From Promethearchaeota archaeon (GTDB taxonomy: Archaea; Asgardarchaeota; Lokiarchaeia; Sigyniarchaeales; SOKP01), in contig JAHPZA010000010.1 in the NCBI GenBank assembly GCA_019058445.1, positions 384,001 to 448,000 on the forward strand: a stretch of 64,000 nt of DNA. The letters run 5' to 3'. Positions 61,244-64,000 of the stretch are shown here, piece by piece. How positions within the stretch are numbered: the stretch's first letter is position 1; each line of letters begins with the position of its first letter. The notes below the pieces were generated by a model. It was given only the letters and a program-made list of their open reading frames with translations. It did no database searches and was not told the origin of the DNA. The position numbers and the translations under genes are program-made.

Positions 61244-64000
61244 ATGACAAGTGAAGCTCTTACATACGAGGATCTATCTAACGAAGCTATTCTTGAGATG
61301 TTCCAAAATTCAATATTGAAGAATGTTAAAAAAAAATATCAAAGTAACATTAGAAATGGTAAGGCATTAAAATCAAATTATCTTGAAATTGAAAGTGACC
61401 CTGAGCCTTATACTAGGCGTAAAATTGAACCTATCTTGAATAGATTTCTTCCCAATATAGATTTCAATGCAGAAGTCCATAAAATTACAAGTTTAGGTAA
61501 TTTAAGGAAGCCAGATGGTTTTATTAAATCAAAAGATAAAAAGATAAATAAAAATATCTTGATCGAATGGGAACCTTTTAATGAAGATTTAAGAGTTAAA
61601 AAAGATCATGGAATAAATCAAGCCAAAACGTGGATATCTGACATAAATATAGGACAAAATAACGATGCATTAGTAACAAATGGGAGAGATTGGATATTAA
61701 TTACAACCCAAATGATAGAAAATGAAATTAGAGTTATAGAGCAAGATTTTTCTGTTAAAGAAGCTCTTAAATTTATGGAGGATATCTACAACGGGAAAAA
61801 AATACCTAAAAATAATCTTGAGGAAAGAATTGATATAACTGAAAAGTTCTATAACTGGTATGTCGCATTAATTCATGGAGGAGAATATATCGATAAAGAA
61901 AATAAAAAAAAATATATTTCAAAGGAGAATTGTTTATTAAATAATATAAAAAATACCTCAAATAAGCGGGAAAAAGAAGATTTTATTAGACTTATCTTTA
62001 CAAGACTAATTTTTATAAGAATTCTTAATGAATATGGGATAATTAAAGAAGATATACTTAACTATCTGAAAAATACTGAGCCTGAAGATTTTTATAATCG
62101 GATTAATCAACTTTTTTTTGAAACTTTAAATACTCCTATAAAAGAAAGGGAAAATATTCCAGATGTTTATGAGCAAATTCCCTTTTTAAATGGAGATTTA
62201 TTTAGACAGAAATCAATTGATAGTAAAGGTTTAAAAATTGAAAGAGAGTCATATATCGATGCTATCCAATTTTTAAGAACCTTTAATTTTATGAAAGAAT
62301 TCGAGAATTTAGAAAAAAACTATAAAATTGACAATACCATTAATCCAGAGATTTTAGGACATATTTTAGAAAAAACTATTAAGGATAGGAAACAAAGTGG
62401 AGTGTACTATACTCCACAGTTTATAACCGAGTATATGGCTCAAAATATTATTGAAGAATACTTATTTAAGAAGTTAATAGAATTTTTAAAAGAAAGTAAG
62501 GACTCACAATGGAAATATATTGAATGCTTTAAAGATTTTTATGATCTTAACACTATAATCCTAAGAAAGTTTTATGATGAACATATAAAAGACATTAAAA
62601 TATGCGATCCTGCTGTTGGTTCAGGAGCATTTCTCTTAAGTTGTGGGAATGTTCTTTTCAAAATAAGAAGAAAAATCCATGGAATAATAGGAGTTCATGA
62701 AAATGACTATATGATTAAAAAAGAGATAATTCAGAATAATCTATATGGTGTTGATATCAAGGAACCAGCAGTAGATATTTGTAAATTAAGATTATGGTTA
62801 TGGATTATTGAAAAACATAAGCCAGAACCATTGCCAAATATAGATTTCAATATTAGAAAAGGAAATACACTTATTGGTTACACTAATACTCAAACACTAA
62901 AAATTGATACGAGTGATATTAGTTCGTGGGAGAAAAAAGCTAACTTAATGGATATTTTTTTAGAGAGAAATCAATTAATAAAAAATTATTACTATACAGA
63001 AAATCCTACATCCCAAAAGGCTTTAAAAAGGGATATTGATGAAATTACGACAATATTTTATAATAAAATTAACGAGAATCTTGCAAATGAATTGAAGAGG
63101 GAAAAAGTTAGTATAAATTCAAGGAAGCTTTCTGATTTAAACGCTTTTCATTGGATTATGGAATATTCTGAAGTATTTGAAAAGAATAATGGTTTTGATA
63201 TCATAATCGGAAATCCTCCCTATTTTAGAATCACTTTTGCCCCAAAAATCGAGCAAAAAATTGTTGGAAAAATGGGTATTTTAAAAAATTTTCATCATGG
63301 TCAAGGTGATATTTATTATGATTTCATTGTACGTTGTTATGATTTGCTAGCTGAAGGAGGATATTTTATTTTTATAACTTCAAGGTATTGGTTAGAATCA
63401 GCTTATGCAAATTATTTAAAGAAATTCATTAAAAAAAAAATAAAATTAACAAAAATTATTGATTTTAGAGAAAGTCTAATCTTTGAAGGAGTTGATATCC
63501 ATAATACTATTTTATCCTATATAAAACAAAAACCTGAAAAAGATAATTATCCCTTAGATGTTTACTTTTTAAAAGAAGATTTTTTTGAAAAAACAAGAAG
63601 CCCTTATCTTAAAGATTATTTAGAAAAAGTAGGAAAATATGAACTAAATAATTGGAGATTAGATGAAAATTGGGCTTTTGTCCCAAAAAAACATAAAGAT
63701 TTGTTTATGAAAATTAAAAGTATTAAAACAAAATTAGGTGATGATTACAATTGCAATCAATATTCAAATTGCTTTAGAAAAAGGTTAAAAAAATTATTAA
63801 TTTTTGAAGAGAAACCAAAAGAAGTAGCTATGAAATATTTAAGGAAATATCAGAGAATGGGAGAAGTAAATAAATTTTCGGTATCAAAAGTTAAAGATAA
63901 ATTTGTTTTTGTCTCACATAACATTGAGAAAGCATTAAAGGATTATGAGTTGAATAAATTCTTTTTAGCTCATAATATTTCAAAAGAGGATATTATTGAA
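61244..64000 (+). CDS. Type IIG (Eco57I-like) fused restriction endonuclease / N6-adenine methyltransferase, truncated by the window end
   Basis: Absent from the ORF track (no stop in window). In-frame KPDG...IEWE nuclease region, GVYYTP, CDPAVGSGAF (62606) and FDIIIGNPPY (63212). Confidence 0.9.
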   Translation, partial: MTSEALTYEDLSNEAILEMFQNSILKNVKKKYQSNIRNGKALKSNYLEIESDPEPYTRRKIEPILNRFLPNIDFNAEVHKITSLGNLRKPDGFIKSKDKKINKNILIEWEPFNEDLRVKKDHGINQAKTWISDINIGQNNDALVTNGRDWILITTQMIENEIRVIEQDFSVKEALKFMEDIYNGKKIPKNNLEERIDITEKFYNWYVALIHGGEYIDKENKKKYISKENCLLNNIKNTSNKREKEDFIRLIFTRLIFIRILNEYGIIKEDILNYLKNTEPEDFYNRINQLFFETLNTPIKERENIPDVYEQIPFLNGDLFRQKSIDSKGLKIERESYIDAIQFLRTFNFMKEFENLEKNYKIDNTINPEILGHILEKTIKDRKQSGVYYTPQFITEYMAQNIIEEYLFKKLIEFLKESKDSQWKYIECFKDFYDLNTIILRKFYDEHIKDIKICDPAVGSGAFLLSCGNVLFKIRRKIHGIIGVHENDYMIKKEIIQNNLYGVDIKEPAVDICKLRLWLWIIEKHKPEPLPNIDFNIRKGNTLIGYTNTQTLKIDTSDISSWEKKANLMDIFLERNQLIKNYYYTENPTSQKALKRDIDEITTIFYNKINENLANELKREKVSINSRKLSDLNAFHWIMEYSEVFEKNNGFDIIIGNPPYFRITFAPKIEQKIVGKMGILKNFHHGQGDIYYDFIVRCYDLLAEGGYFIFITSRYWLESAYANYLKKFIKKKIKLTKIIDFRESLIFEGVDIHNTILSYIKQKPEKDNYPLDVYFLKEDFFEKTRSPYLKDYLEKVGKYELNNWRLDENWAFVPKKHKDLFMKIKSIKTKLGDDYNCNQYSNCFRKRLKKLLIFEEKPKEVAMKYLRKYQRMGEVNKFSVSKVKDKFVFVSHNIEKALKDYELNKFFLAHNISKEDIIE

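Noticed and set aside
1-64000. CRISPR array, rRNA, transposase or integrase
   Set aside because: No regularly spaced repeats, no long GC-rich structural RNA, and no DDE, tyrosine or serine recombinase motifs seen

Overview
A very AT-rich archaeal chromosome segment. The gene content points to an Asgard archaeon of the Lokiarchaeia/Promethearchaeota type, which is an inference. The supporting features are Uba2/Uba3-like E1 and E2 ubiquitin enzymes, a GPN GTPase, PDCD5, Loki-type C-terminal anchor tails, TrmB regulators, BRE/TATA promoters, GGTGA/GAGGT ribosome-binding sites and an intron-containing tRNA with a C1:G72 pair. Layout: 0-8 kb holds housekeeping and eukaryote-signature genes (E1, HAD, E2, tRNA-Tyr with two introns, Gfo/Idh/MocA, PDCD5, N-acetylornithine carbamoyltransferase, AcuC/HDAC). 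8-18 kb is a variable region with two anchored surface proteins, several gene remnants and an orphan nuclease-like gene between ~76-bp direct repeats. 20-29 kb is an uncharacterised sugar-catabolic cluster ending in a eukaryote-type xylulokinase. 29-54 kb is a regulator-rich accessory region (TrmB, MarR, ArsR, Lrp, GNATs, GyrI-like, flavin/Fe-S enzymes, DUF6125 x2, SlyD x2). 54-60 kb holds a LeuA-family synthase, an IFT52-like GIFT-domain protein, a nucleotidyltransferase, GPN and a Pro-rich protein. 61-64 kb is a type IIG restriction-modification gene that runs off the window edge. Most notable: (1) a cytosolic IFT52-like GIFT-domain protein with an ESCRT-I steadiness-box-like tail; (2) a Uba3-like E1 next to an E2 carrying a Cdc34/Ubc7-length loop; (3) a four-promoter motif (AACY-N7-RGTT-N7-ATCGAAAA-TATA) suggesting an undescribed regulon; (4) interlocked tRNA introns implying ordered splicing; (5) genes that must start at ATT/ATA; (6) several insertion scars with no integrase or transposase. 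Family assignments come from recognising motifs by eye; no database searches were run.
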